A stretch of DNA of 64,000 bases. It comes from Vulcanimicrobiales bacterium. GTDB taxonomy: Bacteria > Vulcanimicrobiota > Vulcanimicrobiia > Vulcanimicrobiales > Vulcanimicrobiaceae. Below, piece after piece: positions 30,576-39,933 of this stretch. The notes under the pieces were generated by a model. That model worked only from the letters and a program-made list of their open reading frames with translations. It made no database searches and was not told where the DNA came from. Within the stretch, counting starts at the first letter, position 1. Each line of letters begins with the position of its first letter. The position numbers and the translations under genes were made by a program. Location of the stretch: assembly GCA_038231455.1 (NCBI GenBank), contig JBBRLI010000004.1:64001-128000 (forward strand), written 5' to 3'.

Positions 30576-31319
30576 TTAGACCTCCAACCGGCGCCATTGA
30601 ACGAGCGCGACGATAAAGCCGAGCACGACGATGAACGCCCCATCGACGATCGCGATCGGCGACCATGGCTCGAGACTGAGGAGATTGCTCGTGTGCCCGA
30701 GGTGCATGTTTGTCGAGATCAAGGCGAGTGGGTTGAGGTAGTTGATGGCCAGCAGCACGTGATGGACGGCTTCGGGGACCGGCGCCTGGATGACACCGCC
30801 CGCCAAGAGCAGTACCGGCCATGACAGCCCGGCGATCATGCCCGCGCGACGGCCGACTCCCGCCGTTACGCCTTGCACGAGCGCATAGAGCGAGATTGGA
30901 AAGAGCAACTCGGCCACGAGATGGCCGAGCTGCGTCGCTGAGAAGTCGAGGTGCGCCCCGTAGACGACACTGATGCCGATGAGGACGACGATCGTTGCCG
31001 TATATGCAATCGCGAGCGCACCAATATCGATTGCGAACGTTTGCGCAACGAGCCGATCTCGAGGAATCGGCTTGGTCCATGCGATCTCGAGATGACCGTT
31101 CACATGGCTCGAGAGACTCGTCGCTAGCACCGTACCGAGGATCGCGATCATGAATCCGGCGATGATCGTAAGGATATCGAGCTGGATGTGACTCGGTCCC
31201 GACTGCGGATGAACGTTGACATTAAAGCGGATCGTTAATGCGAGTGCGACGATTGCTACGACGATGATGCCATACACCGTGAGGGCGCGACGCGCTCGCA
31301 CGTATTCGATATACCACAT
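30576..31319 (-). CDS. Putative ABC exporter permease, paralog 1
   Basis: About 6 TM; MWYIEYVRARRAL...WTKP...NYLNPLAL...WRRLE shared with 29823-30575. Confidence 0.75.
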   Translation of the reverse strand: MWYIEYVRARRALTVYGIIVVAIVALALTIRFNVNVHPQSGPSHIQLDILTIIAGFMIAILGTVLATSLSSHVNGHLEIAWTKPIPRDRLVAQTFAIDIGALAIAYTATIVVLIGISVVYGAHLDFSATQLGHLVAELLFPISLYALVQGVTAGVGRRAGMIAGLSWPVLLLAGGVIQAPVPEAVHHVLLAINYLNPLALISTNMHLGHTSNLLSLEPWSPIAIVDGAFIVVLGFIVALVQWRRLEV

Positions 31320-31320
31320 A

Positions 31321-32223
31321 CTAGACGTCCTCTAAAGTGTTAGCGCGCGGCTCTTCAACCGCGTTGAAAAAGATTTCTTCAAGATTGAGATTGAGAATCG
31401 CGAGGTTGTTTGGAGCGTGCGCGTTGATGGCGACGGCAATCGCATCATGATCGCTCTGTACGAAGGCGCGCATCGTGTTGCCGCGCCACTCGATGCGCCT
31501 CACGCGCACGTCGGAGGCGAGTCCGTTCAGATCGGGCTTGCGATCGAACGTCGCCTCGATGAGTTTTTCGTTGTCTTTGAGTTCGTCGACGATTCCATCG
31601 ACGATGAGTTTGCCGCGTTTGAGAATTGCAACGCGATCGGCGGCCCGCTCGACTTGGCCGATTTGATGAGACGAGAAAAGAATGGTTGCGCCGTTTGCAG
31701 CGGCTTCGATTAAGAGATCGAGCACCGCACGCTGATTGATCGGATCGAGGCCCGAGGCTGGTTCGTCGAGGATCATGACACTCGGACGGATCGCAAAGGC
31801 GAGTGCTAACGCAAACGCGTTTTTCTGGCCCTTCGAATACTTGCGGACGCGTTTGCGCGCATCGAGGTCGAAGATCGATAGCATCTTCCGGGCTCGGGCG
31901 GTTTCGAACGTCTTATACGCGTGCTTCGCCATCGAGAAATGTTCTTCGCCCGTCATATCGTCGTATAGAGCGCTTCGTTCGGGAATGAACGCGACGCGTT
32001 CGAACATCTCGGGTCGCGGCGGACCCCCAAGGATCGAGAGACGTCCTGCGGTCGGGCGAGCGAGGCCGACGAGGCACTTGATCGTCGAGGTCTTGCCGGC
32101 GCCGTTGGGGCCGAGCAATCCGCAGATCGAGCCTTCGGGCACGTCGAGTGTGAGCTGCGAGACGGCTTCGAAATCGCCGTAGCGTTTGGTGAATCCGTCG
32201 ATTGCGATGGGGCCGGTCATCAT
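31321..32223 (-). CDS. ABC transporter ATP-binding protein (YtrB-like)
   Basis: GPNGAGKT Walker A, YSKGQ signature, LDEPASGLD, SSH. Confidence 0.93.
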   Translation of the reverse strand: MMTGPIAIDGFTKRYGDFEAVSQLTLDVPEGSICGLLGPNGAGKTSTIKCLVGLARPTAGRLSILGGPPRPEMFERVAFIPERSALYDDMTGEEHFSMAKHAYKTFETARARKMLSIFDLDARKRVRKYSKGQKNAFALALAFAIRPSVMILDEPASGLDPINQRAVLDLLIEAAANGATILFSSHQIGQVERAADRVAILKRGKLIVDGIVDELKDNEKLIEATFDRKPDLNGLASDVRVRRIEWRGNTMRAFVQSDHDAIAVAINAHAPNNLAILNLNLEEIFFNAVEEPRANTLEDV

Positions 32224-32624
32224 TCGTTCTCCGTCGGGTACCAGCGTGCGACGAGCGTCGCGATCAGTGCGGTCAATTCTGGTCGCGAGACGCCGATCGA
32301 GCGGGCGTCGCGGATGGCGGCTTCGAGGGCGCCGGCGGCAACGTCGGCGAGTGCGCGGCGCGCCAGCGGTGCTGCACCGTCGCGGTTTTTCACAAATGAT
32401 CCGCGGCCGGGGCTGGTCTCGATCACTTCTTCGCGTTCGAGATCGCGGTAAGCACGGGCCACCGTGTTGGGATTGACGGTGAGTTCGAGGGCGAGCGCCT
32501 TCACCGTGGGGAGACGTTCGCCAGGGGCGAGCGCACCGACGGCGACCGATCGCTTCACTTGATCGATCAGCTGGACGTAGATCGGGACGCCGCTGCGCGT
32601 GTCGATATTCAAGTTCACGGGCAC
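32220..32624 (-). CDS. GntR-family regulator, YtrA subfamily
   Basis: PIYVQL, LPTVKALA...VNPNTVARAYRDLE...GRGSFV; short C-terminus; GTG start at 32624 or 32618. Confidence 0.92.
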   Translation of the reverse strand: MPVNLNIDTRSGVPIYVQLIDQVKRSVAVGALAPGERLPTVKALALELTVNPNTVARAYRDLEREEVIETSPGRGSFVKNRDGAAPLARRALADVAAGALEAAIRDARSIGVSRPELTALIATLVARWYPTENE

Positions 32625-32628
32625 CAAA

Positions 32629-32748
32629 TTAGAACTTCGGGCCCCAGCCGCCAAACATGCGGACATCGGCCGTCGGACGGGCGAGCGAACGACGTTCGTT
32701 CGTCTCGGGGATGGCGATCGGGCGGGGGCGATTCACGCGGACAGTCAT
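32629..32748 (-). CDS. Unannotated 39-aa peptide, FGGWGP family copy 1 (MTVRVNRPRPIAIPETNERRSLARPTADVRMFGGWGPKF)
   Basis: Translated by hand; lies between the promoter/operator and the GntR gene; similar to peptide at 45088-45195. Confidence 0.75.
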   Translation of the reverse strand: MTVRVNRPRPIAIPETNERRSLARPTADVRMFGGWGPKF

Positions 32749-32765
32749 TGCTGTGTTCTTTCTGC

Positions 32766-32815
32766 GCTATTGAACTAGCACATTAGTACAATAGCACATT
32801 AGAACGGCGTGTCAA
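32766..32815 (-). promoter_or_regulatory. sigma70 promoter with overlapping YtrA-type operator
   Basis: Minus strand TTGACA-N16-TATTGT with TG extension; palindrome GCTATTGAACTA-gcacat-TAGTACAATAGC (32766-32795); TAGCACATTAG occurs twice. Confidence 0.8.
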
Positions 32816-32850
32816 GGGGGTCGCCCAAGCTTGTTCAAATTCTCCCGGCC

Positions 32851-33345
32851 ATGCGACCGAAGCGTATCGAGCCGGGTCCGGGGCAAGAATCGGTCTGGGA
32901 TTACCCGCGCCCGCCGGCGATCGAGGCCAATCGCAAGTCGCTCCGGGTCGAGTTCGCCGGGAAGATCGTCGCGCAAAGCAGCGGCGGCTACCGGGTGCTC
33001 GAAACGAGCCACCCGCCCGTGTTCTATCTTCCGCCCGAAGACTGCGATTTAAGCGTGCTCCGGCGCGGCGCGGCGACGACGTTTTGCGAATTCAAAGGCG
33101 TCGCGAACTATTACGATCTCGTGGTAGGCGATCGGATCTCGCGCGATGCAGGCTGGTTTTACGCGCATCCCTCCGCGCGGTTCGCTGCGCTCGTCAATCA
33201 CGTCGCGTTCTATGCCACGCGCGTCGATGCGTGCTATGTCTACGACGAACGGATCGAGCCACAACCGGGTGATTTCTACGGCGGCTGGATCACGAGGAAC
33301 GTGGTCGGCCCGTTCAAAGGCGCGAGTGGAACGTGGGGATGGTAG
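32851..33345 (+). CDS. DUF427 domain protein
   Basis: QESVWDYPRPP, LETSHPP.FY, CEFKG, FYGGWIT motifs. Confidence 0.88.
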   Translation: MRPKRIEPGPGQESVWDYPRPPAIEANRKSLRVEFAGKIVAQSSGGYRVLETSHPPVFYLPPEDCDLSVLRRGAATTFCEFKGVANYYDLVVGDRISRDAGWFYAHPSARFAALVNHVAFYATRVDACYVYDERIEPQPGDFYGGWITRNVVGPFKGASGTWGW

Positions 33346-34790
33346 ACGGCGCGCCGCAGGGACTCTTTCGCGGTCCGCTATCGCTGCGGATCAAAGGTGA
33401 ATGGACGCTGCTTGCGATTTGCATCATCCTCGTGGCCGCCGTCGTTCCGGGCGCTGCGCGGCTGATCGGCAACTCATTTGCGATCCAGGAATTCGCGCTG
33501 ATCATCATCGGCGGCATGCTGCTCATCTCACTTGGGCGCGGTCGATTACTCGGCTCGAGTATCCGCGTACAAGAAAAGCAGTTCGGCGACATCGCCGAAC
33601 TCGTTGCCGACTGCGCGCGAATCCTGGGTGTTTCGATGCCGCAGGTCTTCGTGCGCGACGACCCCTTCGTGCCGCTGGTCGCGATCGGCATCGGCGAACC
33701 GTACGCGCTGATCATCTCCGCCCAGTGGGTCGGTCATCTCAAACCGCAGGAGCTGCGCTTTCTCGTTGGGCGCGAACTCGCGCACATCGCAGCGGGGCAT
33801 ACACGACTCACCTCGCTGCTCAGCACGAACGGTCGCGAAAATCCGCTGGTCGCGTTCGCCTTCGGTGCATGGCTCCGGCGCGTCGAATACACCGCCGATC
33901 GGGTCGGCTTACTGTGCTGCAATACGCTCGAAGAAGCATACAACGCGATCGCCGTCTCGGCGTTCCACTCACTTGGCAGAACGATCGATCACCGCGCCTT
34001 CGCCGAACAGCGCGCATCGATCCAAAGCGATCAGACACTGCGGATGGGCGAATGGCTGAGCGCAACTCCGTATGCAACGAATCGTATGCACGCGCTCGCC
34101 GCGTTTACCGCACATCCGCTCTATGCCGCATGGCGTCCGCGATTTGAAAGCGGTCATCCCGTCGTCGCTCGGTCTAGCGCCGATCGCAGCGGCGGTGTGC
34201 CGATTAAAGCGTTCGCGAGTTTTCCGCGTCGTCTTTCGGCACTCGTGATCGATAGCACGCTCGTCTCGATCATTTTTTCAAAAGCGGCTGCGATCAAAGC
34301 CGATTTCAGCGAATCCGCCGTTACCGTCGCACCGAACGCGGCGAAAGCCGTAAAAAAACTCAGCGAGCTCGCTCAAAAAACGACCGACCCGGATGCAAAA
34401 GCCGGCATTGAAGCCGCACAGCATGCGATCTCGCAACTACCCGTAAGCGCGACACCCTTTTTGACACTTCCGCACGTGACGATCAGTCCGGGGTATTTCT
34501 TTCTCTTCGCGTATGTCATCATTTTTGTTGCCGTCGCGGGTCAAACATTCGGAATGATGGTGATGGACTTACGCGTCCTCACCGAGCGTTTTTCTCGCGT
34601 CGGCCTTGGTCGCGCAATCGCGCGCTACGTCATCGGCGTTCTAACGTTCGCGTTTGTCTACGGATTCGTGCGCGTGTTCTCGCGCATACAGCCGTTCGAG
34701 AAAATCAGCGGCACCCGACTCGTGCAAGGAAACGCGGTCCCGCAATCGACGCTACCGTCCCTTAGCGAACCCCAACCGCAACGCGCGTAG
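33339..34790 (+). CDS. M48-peptidase-like domain fused to RDD domain
   Basis: N-terminal TMs; GRELAHIAAGH and EYTADR (M48-like); FPRRLSALVID...GQTFG (RDD-like). Confidence 0.75.
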   Translation: MVDGAPQGLFRGPLSLRIKGEWTLLAICIILVAAVVPGAARLIGNSFAIQEFALIIIGGMLLISLGRGRLLGSSIRVQEKQFGDIAELVADCARILGVSMPQVFVRDDPFVPLVAIGIGEPYALIISAQWVGHLKPQELRFLVGRELAHIAAGHTRLTSLLSTNGRENPLVAFAFGAWLRRVEYTADRVGLLCCNTLEEAYNAIAVSAFHSLGRTIDHRAFAEQRASIQSDQTLRMGEWLSATPYATNRMHALAAFTAHPLYAAWRPRFESGHPVVARSSADRSGGVPIKAFASFPRRLSALVIDSTLVSIIFSKAAAIKADFSESAVTVAPNAAKAVKKLSELAQKTTDPDAKAGIEAAQHAISQLPVSATPFLTLPHVTISPGYFFLFAYVIIFVAVAGQTFGMMVMDLRVLTERFSRVGLGRAIARYVIGVLTFAFVYGFVRVFSRIQPFEKISGTRLVQGNAVPQSTLPSLSEPQPQRA

Positions 34791-35682
34791 AAGAAGCGGG
34801 GGTTGTCGCCGCAACGACGGCGTGCGAACCGTGGCGACGCGCCCAGACCTTCGTAAGCTCCGCACCTAAGAGCAACACGAGCGCGGAGTAATAAGCCCAG
34901 AGTAAGATGACGAGGACCGAACCCGCGGCGCCATAGTTCGAAGTGACGCCACTCTTCCCAAGATAGAGTGAGAGCGCAATCTGACCGATCTCGAAGAGCA
35001 CGGCGGTCGCGATGCCACCGAACCACACGTCGCGCCACGCGATCTTCGCGTTGGGCAAGTAGCGAAGGATCATCGCGAAGAGCAGGCTCAGAACGACGAC
35101 GGAGAGGAGGGTGTTCGCAAACCCAAGGATGAGCCCCATGCCGGGGAACGGCAAGAGCGCGCTCAGATGCGTCGAGACGAAAGCGAGTGCGGCGCTTGCA
35201 AGGAAGCTCGCAAGCATCACAACGCCGATCCCGATTACCATCAGGATCGCCATCAATTTATTTTTGATGATTTCGCCGATGTTACCGTGCGGCGGCTCGA
35301 CATTCCACACCGTATTGAGCGCACTCTCGAGCGCGGCAAAAACCCCGGATGCGCCCAGGAGTACCAGCACCCAACCGACGATGCTCGCAAGCAATCCGTG
35401 ATGCTGTTTATAGCTGCCGACGATCATCCCGTTGACCGTCGCACCTGCGTCGCGGCCCATTGCCGCGGAGATCTGGGCGACGATCTTCTCTTGCACGATA
35501 TGATGGCCGTGGCCACCGTTTGACAGGCCGAAATACCAGCCGGCAATCGCAATCGCGATGATAATCAGCGGTGCGATCGCGAAAATCGCCGAGTACGCAA
35601 TCGCAGCTGCCAGCCGCGGCGACTTATCGGTCGTAAATTCGGTCCACGTTTCCTTGCCAAGAGCAAGCATATCGACGCTCAT
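34762..35682 (-). CDS. YihY/virulence factor BrkB family membrane protein
   Basis: LAAAIAYSAIFAIAP, YGAAGS...LLWAYYSA...LGAE. Confidence 0.9.
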   Translation of the reverse strand: MSVDMLALGKETWTEFTTDKSPRLAAAIAYSAIFAIAPLIIIAIAIAGWYFGLSNGGHGHHIVQEKIVAQISAAMGRDAGATVNGMIVGSYKQHHGLLASIVGWVLVLLGASGVFAALESALNTVWNVEPPHGNIGEIIKNKLMAILMVIGIGVVMLASFLASAALAFVSTHLSALLPFPGMGLILGFANTLLSVVVLSLLFAMILRYLPNAKIAWRDVWFGGIATAVLFEIGQIALSLYLGKSGVTSNYGAAGSVLVILLWAYYSALVLLLGAELTKVWARRHGSHAVVAATTPASSTRVAVGVR

Positions 35683-35785
35683 GCTGCGTTGTTCCCCATT
35701 TCGAGCCGTCTCCACACGCGGCAAGATCGGGTTTGCAGGCATGATGCTCGCGGTACAAGATAACCTCACCCTCGTGGAGCACTCC

Positions 35786-36340
35786 ATGACCGATCACAGC
35801 GCCTCTCTCACGGTCGCCGCACCCATTCACCAGGTGTACGGGCTCTTCGGACGTTTCGGTGACTATCCGAAATTCTTGACGTACGTCAAAGACGTGCAGT
35901 TCGTCAACGAGCAGACAACGCGCTGGGTTGCTGATATCGCCGGACGCCACGAGTGGACGGCCGCAAACGACAACTGGATCCCTGACCGTCAGATCGGATG
36001 GCAATCGACCGATGGTTTTCGGAACTCCGGTCGCATCGAACTTCTCGCACTCCGCGCGGACCAGACGCAGGTGAAGGTCACGATTTCCTACGATCCGCCC
36101 GCCGGGCCGATCGGCATGGCGGGCGAGGTGCTTGGCATCGGCGCGACGTTCGAGTCTGCGCTGCAGCGCGATCTCGACGCTTTTGCAGCGAAGGTTGCGG
36201 CCGCGCCAAGTGGCGGGCTCGATCCGAACTCCTCGGCGTACGTATTAAGCAACGATCGTACCACGACCGAGCCACCGGGTCTTACCGAGGTCGTACCGGT
36301 TGTGCCGGGCACATCGCGCGCATCGCGCGACGCTTTGTAA
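35786..36340 (+). CDS. SRPBCC/START-like (polyketide cyclase family) protein
   Basis: GGAG SD; YPKF, TTRW, IGWQS, YDPPAG. Confidence 0.82.
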   Translation: MTDHSASLTVAAPIHQVYGLFGRFGDYPKFLTYVKDVQFVNEQTTRWVADIAGRHEWTAANDNWIPDRQIGWQSTDGFRNSGRIELLALRADQTQVKVTISYDPPAGPIGMAGEVLGIGATFESALQRDLDAFAAKVAAAPSGGLDPNSSAYVLSNDRTTTEPPGLTEVVPVVPGTSRASRDAL

Positions 36341-36391
36341 CCAAAAAGAAACCAGGGGCGGGCCTCTCACCGTAGGGAAGAAGGCAGGCCA

Positions 36392-38746
36392 ATGCTTGAT
36401 ACCGCGGATTTGGCGACGGTGGTTTTTGCGGAGCATCCGCGACCGATGTGGGTGTACGACCCGCAGACGCTTCGCTTTGTTACGGTTAACGAAGCCGCGA
36501 TTCAAGCATATGGATACAGCGCTGAGGAATTCGCGCGCATGACGATCGCCGATCTTTCGGCGACACCCGATTCGCGCTCAAACGGTCCGTGGAAACACCG
36601 CATTGCCTCGGGCGAGACGATCGATGTCGAGATCTCAAGTCGTACCGTTCAGCTCGACGGTCGCACGCTGCGGCTGGTCGAGGCGCGCGACATCACGCGC
36701 CGCGTCCGCCACGAACGCGAGCTGCTCGAAAGCCAATCGCGCGCGCAAATCGTCCTCTCCCAAATCCCCGCGCTGATCTGGACGACCGACCTCGACCTGA
36801 GGTACACCTCGATCGCCGGCAACGTCTTAAATGAAATCAATCCCGATTTCGAACGCTCGACGCTCGGACGCGCACTACTCGACGTCTTCAATAGCGCAAC
36901 GGAGCGCGAAGCCATGGTTTTGGCCGCGCACGAGCGGGCGCGAGCCGGCGAACGCGTTACCTTCGAGGGTCAGTGGTTCAAGCGTTATTTCGAGGCCGCC
37001 GTCGAGCCATTGCGCGATCGCGAGGGATCGATCGTCGGAACGATCGGGATGGCGATGGACGTCACCTCGCGTCAACGTGTCGTGCGAGAGCTCGAAGAGC
37101 GGCGCGGCGAACTGAGTAAAGCGCAAGAGATCGCGCATCTCGGGAGTTACAGCTCCGCGATCGACAACGACCAAGACACGTATTGGTCACCCGAACTGTA
37201 CCGCATTCTGGGCGTCAAGCCAAACGACAGCAACGCTTCGCGCACGCTCTTCCGATACGATCATCCCGAAGATGTCATCCTGGTTCGGGAAGCGTACGAG
37301 CGCGCGATTGCAAAACTCACGACCTTCGAACTCGAACATCGCATCATCCGGCGCGACGGAGAGATCCGGTTCGTCCGCGAGAAGGGCGAGTTTGTCGTCG
37401 TCGGCGGGAAACCCGTGCGCATCGTCGGCACGTTGCTCGATATCACCGATCAAAAACTCGCGGAAGAACGGCTCGCGCACCTCGCGCAATACGATGCGCT
37501 CACCGACCTGCCGAATCGCTCGTTGCTCGGTGACCGACTCGTTCAAGCGCTCTCGCGCGCCAATCGCCGCAACAAACTCGTCGCGGTGCTCTTCCTCGAC
37601 GTCGACCGCTTCAAATCGATCAACGATTCACTGGGCCACCTCGTCGGCGACGAGTTGCTCGTCCAACTCGCCGAACGGCTCGCCGATCTGATGCGCGACG
37701 AAGATACGATCGCGCGACCGGGCGGCGATGAATTCGTCGTGGTTTTGAGCGATATTGCCGACGAGCAAACGGCGCGGGACCTTGCAACGCGGATCCAACG
37801 CTCGCTCGCGCGTCCGATGGAACTGAAATCCGGGACGCAGTTCGTTTCGTGCAGTATTGGGATCGCGCTCTACCCGAACGACGGCCGCACGCCCGACGAG
37901 CTTTTGCGCGCAGCGGATGCAGCGATGTACAAAGCCAAACGGCGCGGCGGCGGTAACTATCAGTTCTACACCTCCGCTCTGCACGAGTCGGCGGTGCGTG
38001 CGCTCGAACTCGAAAACGCCCTACGCTCGGCGATCGATCGCGGCGACCTGCGCGTTCACTACCAGCCGATCTACCGGATCGACGATCCGAGCGCACCATG
38101 CAATTTCGAAGCGCTCGTGCGCTGGAACCGTGATGGGACGACGATCAGCGCCGCCGAATTCATCCCGCTTGCAGAAGAAACGGGCCTCGTGCATCCGATC
38201 GGTGAGTTTGTTCTCGACACGGTCTGCACGCAAATCGCCGCTTGGACGCGTGCGGGTCGCGCCTTCGATCGCGTGGCCGTCAATCTTTCGGCGCGACAGC
38301 TTCGCGATCGCGAGTTCGGCGAGCGTATCGAGCGCCTACTTCAAGAACGCGCGATCGATCCGCGCCGCCTTGAGTTCGAACTCACGGAGTCGACGCTCCT
38401 GGAGGGCGGCGCAACCGTGCTCTTCAACGTCGACCGACTGCGGTCGCTCGGCATTACGTTTGCAATCGATGACTTCGGCACCGGCTACTCGTCGCTTGCG
38501 TACCTGAAGTGGTTACCGATCGACAAGATCAAAATCGATCGTTCGTTCGTTACCGACCTGACGAGCGACCGTGCGAACCAGGCGATCGTCGAGGCGATCA
38601 TCCAAGTCGGGCACAAACTCGGCAAGACGATCGTAGCGGAAGGCATCGAATCCGCCGCCGAACTCGGAGCACTCGCCGCAATGGCATGCGACCACGCCCA
38701 AGGGTATCACCTCGGGCGTCCGGTCAGCGCTCCGTTCGGCGACTAA
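36392..38746 (+). CDS. PAS(x3)-GGDEF-EAL c-di-GMP signalling protein
   Basis: PAS repeats; YDALTDLPNR, GGDEF; EAL, ELTES, DDFGTGYSS, KID, EGIE, QGY all intact. Confidence 0.93.
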   Translation: MLDTADLATVVFAEHPRPMWVYDPQTLRFVTVNEAAIQAYGYSAEEFARMTIADLSATPDSRSNGPWKHRIASGETIDVEISSRTVQLDGRTLRLVEARDITRRVRHERELLESQSRAQIVLSQIPALIWTTDLDLRYTSIAGNVLNEINPDFERSTLGRALLDVFNSATEREAMVLAAHERARAGERVTFEGQWFKRYFEAAVEPLRDREGSIVGTIGMAMDVTSRQRVVRELEERRGELSKAQEIAHLGSYSSAIDNDQDTYWSPELYRILGVKPNDSNASRTLFRYDHPEDVILVREAYERAIAKLTTFELEHRIIRRDGEIRFVREKGEFVVVGGKPVRIVGTLLDITDQKLAEERLAHLAQYDALTDLPNRSLLGDRLVQALSRANRRNKLVAVLFLDVDRFKSINDSLGHLVGDELLVQLAERLADLMRDEDTIARPGGDEFVVVLSDIADEQTARDLATRIQRSLARPMELKSGTQFVSCSIGIALYPNDGRTPDELLRAADAAMYKAKRRGGGNYQFYTSALHESAVRALELENALRSAIDRGDLRVHYQPIYRIDDPSAPCNFEALVRWNRDGTTISAAEFIPLAEETGLVHPIGEFVLDTVCTQIAAWTRAGRAFDRVAVNLSARQLRDREFGERIERLLQERAIDPRRLEFELTESTLLEGGATVLFNVDRLRSLGITFAIDDFGTGYSSLAYLKWLPIDKIKIDRSFVTDLTSDRANQAIVEAIIQVGHKLGKTIVAEGIESAAELGALAAMACDHAQGYHLGRPVSAPFGD

Positions 38747-38895
38747 GCCTTCTTCGGGGCGATCTTCCCGTCGTCGTCTTCGGGATCGTTCTCATCGGTG
38801 TCGAGCACTTGGGTATGCGCCACGTCCTCACGGTCGCCGGGCGTTGGGTAGCGCTCTTCGGTAAGGTCGTCTTGGTAGAGATCTTTGCGTTCCAT
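38743..38895 (-). CDS. Small acidic hypothetical protein (50 aa, MERKDLYQDDLTEER...)
   Basis: Fills gap between EAL gene and oxidoreductase; TACGAT 6 nt upstream of ATG. Confidence 0.55.
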   Translation of the reverse strand: MERKDLYQDDLTEERYPTPGDREDVAHTQVLDTDENDPEDDDGKIAPKKA

Positions 38896-38967
38896 GATCG
38901 CATCGTACCCCGCTCCGCATCGCGCAAAGCAGCAACTCAACCGATCTTGTGCGTTGTCCTCGCATTC

Positions 38968-39933
38968 GTGAAAGCGATACGCGTCGAACGTACGGGCGGA
39001 CCCGACGTTCTCAACCTTACCGACATCGAGAAGCCAACGCCAAAAGCCGGCGAGGCGCTCATCAAGATGACCGCAATCGGTGTGAACTTCATCGATATCT
39101 ACATCCGCACCGGGTTGTATCCCGCACCGCTTCCGTATACGCCCGGCGGTGAAGCCGTTGGCGTGATCGAGTCGGTCGGCGAAAATGAGTATGGCCTTGC
39201 GATCGGCCACCGTGTCGCCTATATGGGGTCGGGTAGCGGCAGCTACGCAGAATACAACTGTGTGGCTCTGGACAAGCTCGTTCCCGTGCCGGACGGCGTC
39301 TCCGATCAAGTCGCCTGCGCCGCGATGCTCCAAGGCGTTACCGCTCAGTATCTCTCACACTCGACGTATCCGATCGAACGCGGCGACACGGTGGTCGTGC
39401 ATGCCGCCGCTGGCGGCGTCGGCAACCTGCTCGTCCAGTTCGCAAAAGCCCGCGGCGCGACCGTCGTCGCAACCGCCTCAACGCCGGAAAAACGTTCGCT
39501 TGCCGTTGCCGCCGGTGCGGACGCCGCGACCGATTACGACGGCTTCGTTGAGAAAGTCAAAGAAATTACCGGCGGTGAAGGCGCCGCGTGCGTGTACGAT
39601 TCCGTCGGCAAAACGACGTTCGATCACAGCATCAAAGCCCTGCGTCCGCGCGGGTTCATGGTGCTCTACGGCGCGGCCAGCGGCCCCGTCCCGGCAATCG
39701 AACCGCAGATGCTCGCCGGCGCGGGCTCGATCTATCTCACGCGCCCGACGGCGGTGCACTTTACGCGCACGCGCGCCGAATTGCTGCAACGCACACACGA
39801 GATCTTCGACCATATCGAAAAGAAAAGCATCAACGTGCGCATCGGCGCAACCTATCCGCTCGCGGATGCCGCCCGCGCGCACACCGACCTCAATGCGCGC
39901 GCGACAACCGGCAAGCTGATCTTACTCCCTTAA
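38968..39933 (+). CDS. qor: NADPH:quinone oxidoreductase (zeta-crystallin type)
   Basis: GVNFID, HAAAGGVG, VYDSVGK, TTGKLIL. Confidence 0.9.
   Translation: MKAIRVERTGGPDVLNLTDIEKPTPKAGEALIKMTAIGVNFIDIYIRTGLYPAPLPYTPGGEAVGVIESVGENEYGLAIGHRVAYMGSGSGSYAEYNCVALDKLVPVPDGVSDQVACAAMLQGVTAQYLSHSTYPIERGDTVVVHAAAGGVGNLLVQFAKARGATVVATASTPEKRSLAVAAGADAATDYDGFVEKVKEITGGEGAACVYDSVGKTTFDHSIKALRPRGFMVLYGAASGPVPAIEPQMLAGAGSIYLTRPTAVHFTRTRAELLQRTHEIFDHIEKKSINVRIGATYPLADAARAHTDLNARATTGKLILLP

Noticed and set aside
32687-32697. GAAC-GAC-GTTC as a possible LexA box
   Set aside because: Spacer is 3 nt rather than 4 and it lies inside the peptide 1 coding sequence
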